Shown: piece by piece, positions 48,542-64,000 of the stretch
How the letters are laid out: each line of letters starts with the position of its first letter
Numbering within the stretch: the first letter of the stretch is position 1
DNA from: Geosiphon pyriformis uo1
Taxonomy: Eukaryota > Fungi > Glomeromycota
Length of the DNA: 64,000 bases
NCBI GenBank assembly: GCA_016748015.1
Contig: JAAOMT010000245.1
Span: 1-64,000 of the forward strand
Reading direction: 5' to 3'
Made by a program: the position numbers and the translations under genes
Notes under the pieces: model-generated
The model's input: the letters and a program-made list of their open reading frames with translations, nothing else
Told to the model about the DNA's origin: nothing
Database searches by the model: none

Positions 48542-48732
48542 TGAACGCAAATTTATTTTGCGTAGTTTTACGGTAGAATTTTCGAATGATCTTATTGGTC
48601 TCAAGATCAAATTTTTTGATGAAATTGATTATCAGAACCTAATTAGTAAAATTCGAAAAAATTGTTCGTAAAGTAGGAGGTAGGTATAAGTATTTCAGTA
48701 AATCTTTTCTAGACTGAGTTTTGCACTTTAAA
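48542..48732. promoter_or_regulatory. Putative bidirectional promoter between PET117 and CBF5
   Basis: Only 191 bp between the divergent start codons. Confidence 0.6.
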
Positions 48733-50898
<2,166 letters not shown>

Positions 50899-52323
50899 TG
50901 TTCCTCTCGCTGTACGTTTACGAAATTTAAATTCAATTTACTTGGAAAATTTCGATCAATCCGAGTTTTTACTCTTTCCTATCTGAACCTTTTACAGTTA
51001 TAGCTTTAAAGAACCAAGATTTCTTGACGGTCTAATGAACTGATTAAATTCTTGATGATGTAGTTTGGTTTTTTTCAAATTTATCTTTTGTAACAATTGT
51101 CTATACAATTATTAACACCAAGTCTTCAAACAAAATTTTCAACTTTAAAATGTTCTTGTTAAGCGTTCTGAACATAATTAAAATAATCATTTTTTTAATA
51201 ATTCTGGATTTTTAACTATTAACTTTAATATTTTGTAATATGTATTTTATAAACCAAATTTTTTTGTTATTATTTGAATTATTTTTATCAACTTAATTAA
51301 ATATTAACATGAAAAATATTCAATTTAATTTTTTAAATATTTAATGTTTTTTTAAATATGAATTATTTATAAAATTATATTAAAAAATTAAAATTCTATT
51401 GTTCAAACAATTTGAAAGACCAAAACAGCAAAAAAAAATTTTTTAAAAAAAATAAGACTTGGTTTTTTTTGTTTGGTATTATTAGTACTAATTATAATGT
51501 TCATTTTATTTTGCCTCTAAATAATAATCTTTTCTGTTTTAAATTAATGTTTGGCTATATTGTTTAATAAAAATAATTTTAATTAATTATTACCAATTTA
51601 ATTTAATTATAATATTAAGCTAATTATTGAAACAATATAATAACTGGTTACATATAGTTGTTGCATAATTCATGTTTAATATACGAACACGAATTTACAC
51701 AGAAATAGTGATCAAAAAAAACAATATTAGACTTTTTTTGTATAAATTTTGTATCTTAAATTTTTTTAAATACTATTATTAAAATTGAATTTGTTGAATT
51801 TTGTTATTATTTTTCAGATTTTAAAATCTGCTAAGGTATTTAATTTTCATTTTATTTTTGTTATTATTATTTTTTATAATATTTTTTTAAATATTACATT
51901 AATAATATTAAAAATGTTTTTAAAATATTTGGTAAAGTTTTTAGTTAATTAATTTTAATAAAAAAATAGTATTTAACTTTTTTTTTCTTAATTAAAAAAA
52001 GATAATATTTTTAAGATCAAATTGGTTAATTTTTTAATTATGTAATTTTTTAAATTAATAATATAATTTTTAGTTTTTTAATTTAATTATTATTAAAATT
52101 TTGTTATTATTATAAAAATTTACTTTAACAATTATTAAAACTTAATATTTTTATATTTATTAAAGTTTAAACTATTTAATTTATATATATAAAATTATTT
52201 TCTTTAATTTATTAAAATTTTTTTAAAGTTTTTTGTTATAATTAAAGTTTTTTTAAGTTATTTTACTAGTTTAGTATTTTATTTTAAAGCTGTTGCTATT
52301 TTTGTATTGTATTATATTTTTTT

Positions 52324-55300
52324 AAAAAAAAAACTTCTTTCTCTTATTCATCCCAAATTCCCAAAAAGACCCAAAAAATTTTTCTGAAAGAAGTTTTTTC
52401 AATATTCAGCATAATAAATCCAAAAAACTCTTTCTTTTATTGATTCTCTGGTCATGAAGAGAGCATTGAGTTGTCATTGAAATAGCCTTCCTTTTCCCTT
52501 TCTCCTTCAACTTTCTCCAGTTATTTATTCAGACATTCTTTTTTTTATAGTTATGGAACTGGTGGGCTTTGCTGCTGGTGGTTTTGGATTCATTTCGGCT
52601 GGATTGAGGACCCAGTCTGGTGTCAAAAATAAGTGTTCAGTTGGTTCTCAATCTCGTGATGCTCCTATAAGAAGCTGAAGAAATCTGTGGCAGTTGATGG
52701 TTTGGTGGAGTTGTCTATTGGTGTCTTGAATGTTATAGATGAAAGTGGTGACAGACTTAATATTGGACAATCGTGGGCTAGCAAAGTTAACAGCAAAGTG
52801 GACAGCGTAAGTGGTATCTCAGACTTGGATAACTTAGAAAATATCATCGCTGAGAAAATTAGCTATGCAGAGTCGGATGTTTCGAGTTTGGACAATAACA
52901 TGAACAATACCATGCCAAAGAAGACACAGACCTACACCTATGTTCTGGACAGTAAGCTGCCACCTCTCTTTTTCAATGTTCCAAGTAATGGTGAAGATAC
53001 TTTGCCTCTTCAGAGTCCCAAATTTTATGGATCCAATCACCTTCCTCTAGTTAGATCACGTGCAATGGAGAAACAGAATTTTAATTCATCAAAATTGTTT
53101 GCATTAGATATTAAGCTATCTGCTATTTCTGGCAAAACTAATGGTAATAAGTTAGTCTTAATCAAAAAAATTTTTTATCATGTTGATGGTTTTGAGGGGG
53201 GGGCCTCCATTCTCTCAAGGTTCTCTGGGATCATCAGATCTACTTTCACTTCAGAAGCTAGTATGAATAAGGCAAAGAGTTTGGCTGTCAGTAAGAAGAT
53301 TTTAGTTAATAATGAATTAAGAAAAGTAAACAATCATTCAAATCAGGAAATTGTGGTCAAAGAGATTCTGGTCAATCTTCCCAAATCGGCTGTGGAATCA
53401 GTTTTTTCCAAGTTTGATAAGATTGTTTCAATCAGAATGCAGCTAATTGGTCTATGGCAAAAGGTCTTAGTGAAGTTTGAGTCAGCTGAGATAGCCAGCA
53501 TGGTTGCTTCTAAGTGGTCAGTTCTCATGGGTAAGGATTCTGTGTGAATGGCTTTGGCAACTGAAGATAAACAATTGTGGGTTTTCAGGAATCAACATTG
53601 GACTTTGTTGTATACTTTGCCAGTAGGAACAATAGCCCATGACTTTTCTGATTTGTTGAAATCATATGGTGGAAAGACATGTTTTATTGGTCACAATCCT
53701 GTCTCTTACATTTGCAATAGGTGTGCAACTGTTTGTTTTGATGATGAAGCAACCAGATTGGCTGCTATTGGTTCAGCTCCAGTCTTCAAGAGTGTGGGTT
53801 TACGTTGGGCTGGTCTCTCTTTGGCTCATTGTACCAAGTGCAAACATTTTGGTCATGTTTCAAATATGTGTTCAGTAGGTGGTTTCTCTGGTGATCGTGG
53901 AAGAAAGATGGCGTCTGTTCATGATCAGGTTCACTTGGTAAATATATATAAGAAAAGACATGCTCCAGTTGCTCGCCCTGTCTTTTTTGGTGGCAAGTCT
54001 TGGGCTCAGGTTGCTTTATTTGCTGCTCCTTCTGGTGCTGGTGTTTGACCTGTCTTTGGTTCTGGTGTTTTCATGTCTGGTGCCCCTCCTGCTGGTAGAT
54101 TACTGATGGAAGTTCCAGATGTTTCTTGTATTGTTGATCACCTGGCTGTATTGGAACAGTCTTTCGAGCTTTTGTCTGACCAAGTGTCTAAAATAGTGCA
54201 TAGACTGAATAGTGTGAATTTGGTTCCTCTGGTTTCTGTTTTTTCTGTTGTGTCTTCTGTTGTTTCTGCTTCTCCTATAGCACTCTCTGTTCAGGACTTG
54301 GCTTTGGACCCTCCATTTTCTTTTTCTCATTCTTTTTCCTCAGTTCCTGTTTTGGAGAACATTGTTTCCAATTTAAGTTTAAGCAGTTCAAAGGTTCTTA
54401 CCTCTAAAGTTGGTGGGCTTGAATCTAAGTTGATGGCTCTCGATGTTGCTATTGGTTCCATATTAGTAAAATTGAATTAGCTGGGTACAGATTCGGGGTC
54501 CCCTTAATACTCTCCTCCCCAATGACAGATCTTATTTGGAAAATAGCCATGTGCAATGTCAGGGGTATAAACAATGTGGTGAAGCAAGAAGATATTGTGC
54601 ACTGACATAACTCTATGAACAATTTGGTTTCGATTTTTACGGAAACGAAGCTCAAAGGGCATGCTCGTCTCTGGATAGCTGACAAATTCGATGGTGTTTG
54701 TGTGTTTGTCTCTGGTTTGGACTCTGGTCATCTTGGTTCTGGTGTGGCAATCATAATGAACAATTTTCTAGCCAAGCATGTGTGCAAAGTTTCTGAGATT
54801 TCCAGTCAACTTTTATCTGTCAAGTTGCTTTTTAAAAATAAACTTTCTGTGTCTGTGTTAGGGCTGTATGCTGGCACTTTTTTGGCTGTTCGTTTCTCCC
54901 AGGCCAGTGAAATCAATTCTTTTGTCACTAAGGCCATGAATGATTTTTCTTTTGTCATTCTTGGTAGTGATTTCAATGAAAATGGTTCTCATAGGTGTGC
55001 TAGTTTCAAAAAGTGTTTTGACTTGGGCTTGATTAATGCTTTGGGTGGGAGTTTGTTTTCAAAATCACTTACATGGTGCAATTCTCGTGGTGTTGCTAAA
55101 ATGATTGATTACATGTTCATCTCTTCTGGTTTGGTCAATGCAATTGTGGATCGCAGTGTGACAGATGTTGTGGAATTTTTCAATACTAATCATAAGGCTG
55201 TTTCCATTTCCATGGATTTGGGTGGCTTGTTGGACATGCAGCTTTCTGTTATGTGCAAACAGGCCAACAAAGATCATTGGAAATTTGATGTCAAAAGTGC

Positions 55301-57636
55301 TGATGTTTTGAAATGGGGCAAGTTTGGGGACATGTTAGTTGTCAATGCTTCTGTGTTTTTGAATGAATTTGCTGTGGCTAAGGATTGCTCGAATTTAGAT
55401 TCAATGTGGGATGTCATTCATAGGATTATGGTTCTTTCTACTAATAGAACATTCAAAAAAAAATGGTTTAAAGGTTATGATAGTGTTTTTACCAAAGTGT
55501 CTTCTAGGTTTTATAAGTTGGAGTTGCTGGTCTCCAAGTTAGTAAGAGCTTCTCATTTGGCATTTGGTGATGCCTTTGCATTACTGTTGGAGATGTGGAA
55601 TAAGCTCAACCTGGTTAGTGTCTTAGCAACAAAATTGGTCTTTTTTTTAGGTGCTAATTTTGATGCTGTTCAGTCTGTGCTGGCTAAAGCAAGGAAATCT
55701 TATCACTTCTTCAAGCTTCTAAAATCCAAGCATGCAGAGGAGTCCCAGATCAGACAGGCTATTACCAGGCATATGGAAAGCTTTGCATTGGACAAAAGTC
55801 ATACTATCAGGAGCATGTTAAAGTGTCTCTTTCGCAAGGTGGTGTTGGACCATCTGATAGTCAGTGATGAACTGGTCTTGGAGTCTGAGTTGGTGAAATC
55901 TAGAGTAGATGTGGTTATGGAGGGCTAAACACGGACACGTGGGGTGGTCTTTGATATGTCTGATGTTTGGATTTGTCAATATCAACCTTTGGATTACATC
56001 TTTGATGGCGCTTTTTCTGATGTTATGTGCTCAATCAGCTTTGATGAGATGTCTGCAGTTATTTCAGATTTACCTGATGAGAAGGTGGCTAGTCTCTTAG
56101 GTATTTCAAATGAATTGTGAAAGCACTGTGACAAGTCGGTTTTGGATATGCTGTGGTTCTTTTGAACTCTTGTTTGGTTTGTGAATTGGTTCCTGAACCT
56201 TAGAAGAAAGCTTGGGTTTCTATGATTCCTAAACCTTATGAATGGGAGGGTGTTCTCATGAATATCTGTTCTATTGCTTTAATTGAAACAGCCTGCAAGG
56301 TTCTGTCCAAGATCTTGTCAGATAGGATTTTTTTGGCTTGTAGCAAGTTTGACGTTTTACATGGGGACAATTTCTCAGTTTTGAAGGGTACAATAACACA
56401 GTCTCTGATCTTTGCTGTTGGTCTGTGATTGAGGATGCCTTGGAGAAGAACCGTGAACTATGGTTGGTTTTGCAGGACATGCACAAAGCCTATGATTCTG
56501 TTGGTTGGAAGCACCTTAGGAGGAGTTTGGTTAAGATCAAGATATGTGACAGTTTTATTAAGTTCTTTGGCTCTATCCACAATAGTCGCACTAACAGGGT
56601 GATGACAGATTTTGGTTTAACAGACAGATATCATGTGCATAATGGCTTGGATCAAGGAGAAGTTTTCTCGCTGCTTTTGTGGCGCATATTTTATGATTTA
56701 CTTCTTTGTAAGGTCAAGAGGCAGGAGGCTGTATGTAGCTATAGATTAAATTCTTATTTTGTTTCCAAAACTGGCCAGGTGGAATTTCAAGCTGAACTGA
56801 CATCATTTCTGGCCACCGGTGCTTTTGTGGATAATATGATTTGGGTAGGCAATAGCCAGTCGGCTACTCAACACATTCTCAATGTTGCTAATGATTTCTT
56901 CAGAATTAATGACATTTCAATAAATAATGAGAAGACTGTGGCCATCCTTATTAACTGTTGGATGGCAAATCCTACTTTTTATATTAGTGACTTGCCTATC
57001 TCTGTTGCTAAAAAGAGGAAACTTCATCGTTATCTGGGAATTTTTCTTTTTTCTAAAGGTTTGTTTAACCCTAGCTTGGTTAGGACACATTCAGATGTTC
57101 GGTTTTTTATTAATTTTGTCTTAAGAAAAGCAATTTCAGATAAACAATTTGCATATTTAGTGTCAGCAGTTCTTGTTCCTATTGTCAGTTACAGGACTCA
57201 GTTCAGTTTTGTCTCTACTAGTGTATGCAACAAATAGGATGCTCTCATTCGAAAGGGTTTGAAATCTAAGTCTGGTCTGCCTCTTAATTTTCCCAATAAT
57301 ACACTTTATTACCCTTCTTTATATGAGTTAAAAACATTCGAGCAGATTCAGGCTGAGTGTAAATCAGCTTCCATTGTTTCTTTTGCGAATTTGGTTGGTG
57401 TTTTGGGTTGGTTGTTTTCTCACAGATCCCACAATCTCCAGGTTTTCAGCTGGTGCCCGTGACATCCATTGCTATTTCCAATTCATATTAGGGTTGACTT
57501 TTCAAATAATTTTTTGGCTGGTGTGGTCTGTATTTTTTCAGATTTAGATTTGTCTTTGGGTGGCTTGGTAACCAGTGCTTTTTACCTTCAGTCTGGTACT
57601 CCTTTGTCTCTTGTGCTTGGTGATAAGATGTTTTTC
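52324..57636 (+). mobile_element. LINE copy d: 5' end, ORF1 (~52553-54525), ORF2 from 54522 through RT; 3' part lost
   Basis: First ~95 nt match the 5' end of copy c; CTKCKHFGHVSNMC; ETKL, SDFNE, IDY; KAYDSV, LDQGEVFS, AFVDN. Confidence 0.9.
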
Positions 57637-59802
57637 AAAATTAAAAATGCTAAAATTGACAAGTGGTTGTAGTTTAGAGAGTGCTTATTGGACAAATTCT
57701 TGAAAAAAGTGGCTAAATTTAATAGTACAAGAAATTGTAATAATTTAGATATTATGTAAAAGATTCTAAAGAAGATAATAGTAAGCTTTACTAATAAAAT
57801 ATTTTATAAACTTTGGTTTAGTAATTTAAAATATTCAAAAAATAGGCAATTATCAAAATTTTTCAAACTGGAATTATTAATGACCAAAATTATAAAAGAT
57901 TTAGATTTGAATTAAGATCCAAAAACTGATTGTTTTATTAATACCTGGATTAACATTAATGAAAAAATCTCTAAATTACACATTATAAATGATAATAGTA
58001 TAAATTTAAAAGAAATTCTACTTTATCTGTTAAGAATCAAGAAAAAATATCATAAATTCAAATATCATGAATTCAAGATTGTCCAAGATGATCTTATCAA
58101 AAAAGTAATTGATAAGTATATGAAAAATTTTGTTTTAATAAGAGAAAAATGATCAAAAGCATTTTGGATTGACTATTTCAAAAAGTAGTATTTAATTATT
58201 TATAATTAATAATAAGTTAATTTTAGAGCCATATAAAGTTAGGTTCATGATTAACACAATTATAGAGGGATGAATGAGAAAATGTGTAGTGTCTGGTGCT
58301 CTGTTTAATAAATAATCTAATCAATATGCTCTTCTAAATCATGTCAATAATGATGCTTTCTTAAAAATAATGTGCAATATTAAGTTTAATGAATTTTTAC
58401 AAGTTGTTAAGGATTTACTTGATAGAAAAGCCATTGATTTTTCTGATATCCCTAATGAGCTTTAAAAATATAGTAATGTGCAAGTTTTAAGTGATTTATT
58501 GGATATTTTTAATGTGTGTTTAGTGTTAGACACAGTTTTTATACAATAAAAAAGTGCTTAGATTTTTATAATATCAAAGTCTTATGAATAAAAGAGAATT
58601 TTTATAAATATTAGACCAATAGTCTTGATTAAAACAGTCTGAAAAATTCTATCTAAGATTTTTTCCAATAAGATTTCTTTAGTCTATAACAATTTTAACA
58701 TTTTGTATGATAATAATTTTTTAGTTTAAAAGACATATTTACTTAAATTCCAATTTTTGCTGTTGGTTTCATTATTAAAGATATATTAAAAAAGAACAGA
58801 AAACTGTGGCTAATTTTTTAGAACATACATAAAACATATAATTTTGTTGGGTAATGTTTTTTAAAAAACAGTTTGACCAAAATCAAAATATATCCCTGTT
58901 TTATTAAATTTTTTAAAAGTATACACAATAATTAAATTAACCAAGTGATAACAGATTTTAAGTTTATAAAAGAATATACTATTTATGATAGATTAAATTA
59001 AAGTAAGATATTCTTGTTTTTGTTGTGAAAAATCTTTTATAACTCTTTGTTTTATAAAGTTAAAAAACATAACAGTTTATATAAATACAAGTTAGATTTA
59101 AAATTTTTTACACAAATTGACAAGTGAGATTTTAGGAGTAACATAACATCTTTTCTGAAAACAGGAGCTTTCATAAATAACACAATTTGGATTAAGAATA
59201 ACATAGCTACTACTTAGTACATTCTGAACATAGCTAATAAATTTTTTTGAATAAATAATATTTTAATTAATACAAATAAAATAGTTGCTATACCAATTAA
59301 TCAAAAAATAAAAATCTTTAATTTAGTAATAAATAAATCAAACATTTTAATAGCTAAAAAAAATAAATTACATAGATACTTAGACATTTTTTTGTTTATA
59401 GACAGTCTTTTTAACCAAGTTTTATTAAGATTTATTCAAACATTAAGTTTTTCACAAACTTGGTATTAAGAAAAACTGTATCTAATAAGCAGTTTTTATA
59501 TCTGATGTCTGTTGTTTTACAGTCAATAATTAACTACAGATTGCAATTTAGTTATGTTTTAGCAAATATATGTGAAAAATAAAACAGAATATTAAGAAAA
59601 AAACTTAAATTCAAGACCAATTTACTTAAAAATTTTTCTAATAAAGTCATTGTTTATTCTGAATTATATAGTTAAAAATTATTTAAACAATTACAAACCA
59701 AAAATTTTTTGGTAAATTTGGTAGTTTTTGCCAATTTAAAAAACATTTTTGACAAATTGTTTGAACATAGAGCTATGAATTTACAGACCATCAATTAGAT
59801 GC
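57634..59802 (+). mobile_element. LINE fragment e: divergent subfamily, very AT-shifted; post-endonuclease region through RT
   Basis: Readable remnants SKFFKLELL, NIRPIVLIKT, GAFINNTIW, LVLRKTVSNKQFLYL, FEHRAMNLQ despite many stops; cut by an LTR at 59803. Confidence 0.8.
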
Positions 59803-60681
59803 TGTTATAAGTGATTATTTGAGATTTTAAATCAAATAACAAACTTATAACTTGGTGCTTAATTAATATATTAATGATGTATATAATTTAATGGTTTTAT
59901 CAGTCTGAAGGTTTTGGTTATAGTTCTTTGTATAATGGACAGAAATAGTAGTTGTTTCTTGAAATTGCAATTTTTGCCCAATTTTTTTTTCAGCTTGGCA
60001 GCCAAATTTATTCTGACAATTATGCCTTTCTGATAAGCTAATTGTTAATATATATAATTCTACCCTTATTTCTGGGTTTTTTACCAAACTATTCTTGATG
60101 TTAATAATTCAGTGCTTTAATCCTTAATCAATTAGTATACAACAATAAAATCAAAGAAAAGAAAAGAAATAAAAAAAATAAAATAAAAAAAATAAAAGAA
60201 ATAAGCCAAGGCAATTTGCAAATTAGTATCCCATCAATAGTTATAATCAAAAGCTATTGTTCTAGTGTAGTTAAGTATCAATTACTATTAACATAGAGTG
60301 TTGATAGTGGAAAGTGAATTTAAGATAGTAAATAATTATTTATTGATTAGAAAAGTTGCTTAGATTAAATCTAAACTGAGAGGTCTGTCTTTTCTACTTT
60401 TAATGCTACCATTATATATACATAATTAAAATTCCTTAATTTCTCAATTTTTTATACCAGAAATTCTGGAATTCCTAAAATCCTGCAATTCTTTTGAGAG
60501 GAATCCTGGAATTCTAGAATTCTGCAATTTTTCACTCAAGAATCTTGAAATTTCTGGAATCCTACGATTCTTTTAAGAGAAATCCTGAAATTTCTGGAAT
60601 CCTGGAATTCCACATTTACTATGTCTACCTCTGATTGGCTAATTTATATGCTAATATACTTTTTATATTCTATAAGTAACA
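59803..60681 (-). repeat. Family B 3' LTR, ~879 bp
   Basis: TGTTAT...GTAACA termini; purine-rich tract (sense AAAATAAGAGAATAA) at 60682-60696; homology to 26626-26944. Confidence 0.75.
60410..60645 (-). promoter_or_regulatory. Family B LTR U3 promoter: CCAAT box, ~40-bp repeat array with heat-shock-element matches, TATA-like box
   Basis: Sense AGCCAATCAG near 60632-60641; GAAatTTCtgGAA at 60547-60559 and 60587-60599; sense TATATAA near 60413-60419. Confidence 0.55.
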
Positions 60682-63600
60682 TTATTCTCTTATTTTAATA
60701 TTGAGCTCTATCAAAATTTCCTAAATCTCCTAACTCTACTTCTCCATTTTTGAGTATTTCTTGAATTTCTTTTTTGAGAATTACTTGTGTTATCTTGTTC
60801 AAATTGGGCATTGGTTATTTTTTCCATTTGGTTAACAGTAACAGTATTCATTTCTGTGTTGAGTAAAATTTCTGGTCAATCTTAAAATCTAGTATGTATC
60901 CAATAAATGGCTCTTGTTTGTGTGGTCAAATTGTTCTTTCCAATAAATTGTTTTAGTTGTTGCAGTATTGCTGTATCAAATAATTATTTTGTTTTATCCA
61001 TATATAAATTTTGAATATTCAAGTGTTGTCTCAAATAAAAGTAACAAAAGTTTCTTGGAAATTGTTGTATCTACTAATTCTAAATTTCTATAGTTAACTC
61101 TTAGTATTGAGTAATTTTTGGTTGTGCTTCTATTGCCAATTTCACTTTTGTGATTATTTTGTCAACAGTGTTTTCTGTTTTTCTCTGTACTTTATCCTGT
61201 GGTCTTTTTCTGGTGGTTGTGTATCTGATAGTTTTTTGATTGATTGTGATTTTCATTTCTTGTTGTTGAATTAATTGGAAGAGTTATTGTGCTAATGAGT
61301 GAATATTGTCAGTAATTTCTATTTTTTTGATGTCTTTCATTACATCTACTCTGTCTTTATATACTCTTTTTATTGTTCAATTTTATGTGTTTGTTTCAAT
61401 GATTATGATTGGTTCCAGATCTCATGAAATCTCATCTGGTTAGACTAGTATTTGCTGTACTCTCAGTTGTGGAATATTATTCATAGATAATGATACTGTA
61501 TGATAATATGGTTTTAGTCAATCACTATGTGCTGCTTTGGCCAAGATTTTGTTGTTTCATCTTAATTTATAAGCTTCATTTCCTAGAATTTCTTCTATGT
61601 AAAATGGTCTATCCCATTTGGAGTCGAATTTTCTACTTCATTGTTTTTCTGCTTTGGTACAATGTAAAAGTATTTTGTCTCTAATCTTGAATTCAACTGG
61701 TTTATCTGGTAATTAGTTATTATGTTATTCTTTTTGTTTTTCTTGTAACTTTTGAATATTATTAGCTGCTCTTTGCCTTTTGTTTTCTAGTGTTTCTATT
61801 ATGTCATATGTTCTTTTCAACAATGTTTCTTGAAAATTATCTTCTGTTATTGGTTCAGTTGGATATGTGTTGACTTCTATCTCTACTGGTAATATTGCTG
61901 TTCTACTATACACTAATTCAAATGGTGTCACTTGTATAGTATCTTGCTTCATTGTCTGATAAGCAAATAATACTAATAGTAAACAAATCCCATTTATCCT
62001 GGTTTTTTTGGCTGATCTTGGCAATTGCTTTACACAATGTTCTATTGAATCTTTCAATTAAGCCATTTGTTTATGGATGATATAATAATGATAATGGTCT
62101 TTTAATTCCAAATCTTTGACTTAATTCTGACAATGTTCTATTTACAAAGTGAGTTCCTTGATCTAATAGTAATTTTTTTGAACATTCATGTTGACAAATC
62201 AAATCTTGATGGACAAATTTGGCAATGAATTCTGCATCTGTTCTTTGAATGGCTTTTGCTTCTGGCCATTTAGTGAGATAATCCATGACTACTGCAATAT
62301 ATTTGTTGTCTCTGCTAGTGATTGTTAATGGTTTGACTAAGTCAATTCCAATGTAATCAAATAGTTGTTCTATTCTGATTGGTTTTAATGGTTCAGTCAG
62401 TCTTGTTCCTTTTCTTCTTTGACAAGTATTACAATTCTAAACATATTGAATGATATCTGAATATATTGATGGCCAATAGTATCTATTTTTGGTTCTTTTT
62501 ATGGTTGCTTCTTTATGAAAATGTTCTGCTGTTGGGTCTGAGTGCATATTGAATAGTATTGTCTCTTTTTCTGGTTCTGTAACTACTCTGATTGGTTGAT
62601 CTGAATTTCTTTTGTTTTTCTGATAAAATATATTTTGATGGTTAATAAAGTATTTTGATTGTTGTTTTATGTTGTTTCGTTTCTTTTGAGATAATTTTTT
62701 TTTAAACTGTTAAGTATTTATATAATGTTAAAATTGTTGATATTTTTGTGTGTTCATTTTTTGTTATATATTTATGTTTTCAATTTGTTTGGATTTGTTA
62801 TATTTTTGGGTTAAAATGCTCAGATTTGTTTCATTTATAACAAATTATCAGCATTTTTATTTTTTTTTCCCTTTTTATAGTGTACTGTAAAAGTATATAG
62901 TAAAAGTACTATTTTTCATCTTGCATGTCAATCATCTCCAAATTCTTGCTTCTGGATTAAAGTCAATCCTTTGTGATCAGTGTGCATCTTAAATTTTTGG
63001 CTTAAGTATTTTTTTCATTTCATAACTGCCCAATAGATTGCTAAGTGTTCTAATATTGGTGTTTTATAATTTTTTTCAGCTGGAGTCAAACCTCAGCTGG
63101 TATATGTAACTGGATGTTTTCTTCCATTTGGTTCTCTCTGAGATAGTACTGCTCCTAATATTTAACCTAACACATATGTGGTGATAATGAATGGCTTACT
63201 ATGATCTGAATATATCAACACTGGAGCTTAAATAAGCTTTTTTCTTAAAATGTCAAAAGCTTCTTGCTGAATTTCTGTCCATTTGTATTTTATATTCTTG
63301 GTTTGGAAATGGTTAAGTGGCTGAGCTATTTTAGAAAAGTCTTTAATGAAGTGATGATAATAGCCTGTGAATCCCAAGAATGATTTTAATTTGGTTAAGT
63401 TGGTTGGTACCAGAAATTTTTTTACTATCTTTATTTCTCTGAATTCATTTTGATTCTGTTTTTGCTCATTACATGTTCTAAGAATTTCAGTTCTGTTTTG
63501 CTAAAAAAACACTTAGTAGTATTTAACTTTAGTTCTGCTCATCGTAGCCTTTCAAATACTTGCTGTAGATAATAGATGTAATTATTGAACATTCTTAAGA

Positions 63601-64000
63601 ATACGTTGGTATTGTCCAAATACATGACTACTAATTTCCATAGCAGTCTAGTATATACTATTTCCATTAGCCATTGAAATGTGGCTGGTGCTTTCATTAA
63701 GCTGAATGGCATGACTTCAAATTCAAAATTTCCCTCTTTTGTGGTAAATGCCATTTTCTCTTTGTTGGCTGAATTCATGGCTACTTGCTAGTAGTCACTA
63801 TCTAAATTCAATGTTGAGAACCATTTCTTTTCTTTGAAAGCATCAAACAATTTCTGAATTCATGGAGTTGGGTAACTGTCTCCACAAATAACTCTATTGA
63901 GTTTTCTATAATCCACACAAAAGTGAATCTTTCCATTCTTTTTCTAAACTAGTACCACTGGTAATGACCATGGGCTTATTGATGGCTGAATTAGTCTGTT

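Larger units (their letters stand above)
59803..64000 (-). mobile_element. Gypsy family B element, truncated by the window end: RT-RNaseH (64000-62820), integrase (62757-61383), ORF3 (61340-~60690), 3' LTR
   Basis: FCVDYRKLN, YLDN, DYLTKWPEAKAI, DQGTHF, LEPIIII; same gene order as family A. Confidence 0.9.

Overview
AT-rich, intron-rich fungal genomic DNA, roughly two thirds retroelement. Gene and retroelement style suggest an early-diverging fungus of the Glomeromycotina type (Geosiphon/AM-fungus-like); this assignment is inference only. Four host genes could be spliced by hand: an XIP-like aquaporin (-), a LIM-domain RhoGAP of the Lrg1/Rga1 type with an extra LIM domain from an intragenic duplication (+), and a divergent PET117 (-) / CBF5 (+) pair. 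Mobile DNA: a tandem Ty3/Gypsy array (family A; LTR-int-LTR-int-LTR, 7887-26625, -), a second Gypsy family (B; an LTR fragment at 26626-26944 and an element running off the right end), and five copies or fragments of an APE-RT-RNaseH non-LTR retrotransposon, one full length with a 16-bp TSD. All retroelements are inactivated, mostly by C>T/G>A transitions. The most unusual signal is the Gypsy design. In both families integrase is a separate ORF with its own ATG and is followed by a conserved unknown ORF3 in the env position. In family A the ~1.3 kb leader is essentially AUG-free and includes a Met-free, apparently GTG-initiated Gag extension that differs strongly between the two copies, and a Cys-rich domain plus a dUTPase lie between protease and RT.
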